A stretch of 51,173 nucleotides of DNA, the filler included, from Streblomastix strix (taxonomy: Eukaryota): NCBI GenBank assembly GCA_008636045.1. It is 2 parts of 2 records of this genome, joined end to end, with 100 filler letters (N's around TTAATTAATTAA, not from the genome) between each part and the next. Parts side by side here need not be neighbours in the genome. Positions count along the whole stretch, not along the records: positions 25,662 to 51,173 come from SNRW01000198.1; 1 more part is not named here. One strand, written 5' to 3'. Under the pieces are notes generated by a model. That model did no database searches, had not been told where the DNA came from, and saw only the letters and a list, made by a program, of their open reading frames with translations. Positions 51,112 through 51,173 of this stretch are shown here, piece after piece. The position numbers were made by a program, and so were the translations under genes. Position 1 is the first letter of the stretch; every line of letters starts with the position of its first letter.

Positions 51112-51173
51112 TTGTTAGATCTTTGTCTTACAATTTAAAGTTGGCGAATGATCTTTTCATCTCGTAATATACG
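51107..51173 (-). repeat. Exact 67-bp inverted copy of 49829-49895
   Basis: Reverse complement of CGTATATTACGAG...GATCTAACAATTCTT. It overlaps the direct copy by AAGAA. Confidence 0.95.

Overview
Eukaryotic, intron-containing, AT-rich DNA read with genetic code 6 (TAA/TAG = Gln, TGA the only stop). The supplied ORF track is therefore mostly fragments or wrong-frame artefacts. An oxymonad such as Streblomastix is a plausible source, but that is inference only. The window is two contigs joined by an artificial 100-nt spacer (N44-TTAATTAATTAA-N44, 25562-25661). Contig 1 holds a >7,700-aa minus-strand USP9/USP24/USP34-like deubiquitinase homologue whose catalytic Cys and His are both replaced (pseudo-DUB), and the 5' part of a DIRS-like retrotransposon. 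Contig 2 holds a ~7,890-aa plus-strand PPP-family Ser/Thr phosphatase. Its metal-binding motifs are intact, but the catalytic domain is split by ~100-aa and ~1,400-aa insertions, the larger carrying four dispersed CxxC motifs. After it come the 3' end of a convergent unknown gene and a chimeric, amplification-type rearranged contig end. Translations were done by eye and reading frames were spot-checked, not exhaustively verified. Family alignments are recalled from memory, not from database searches.
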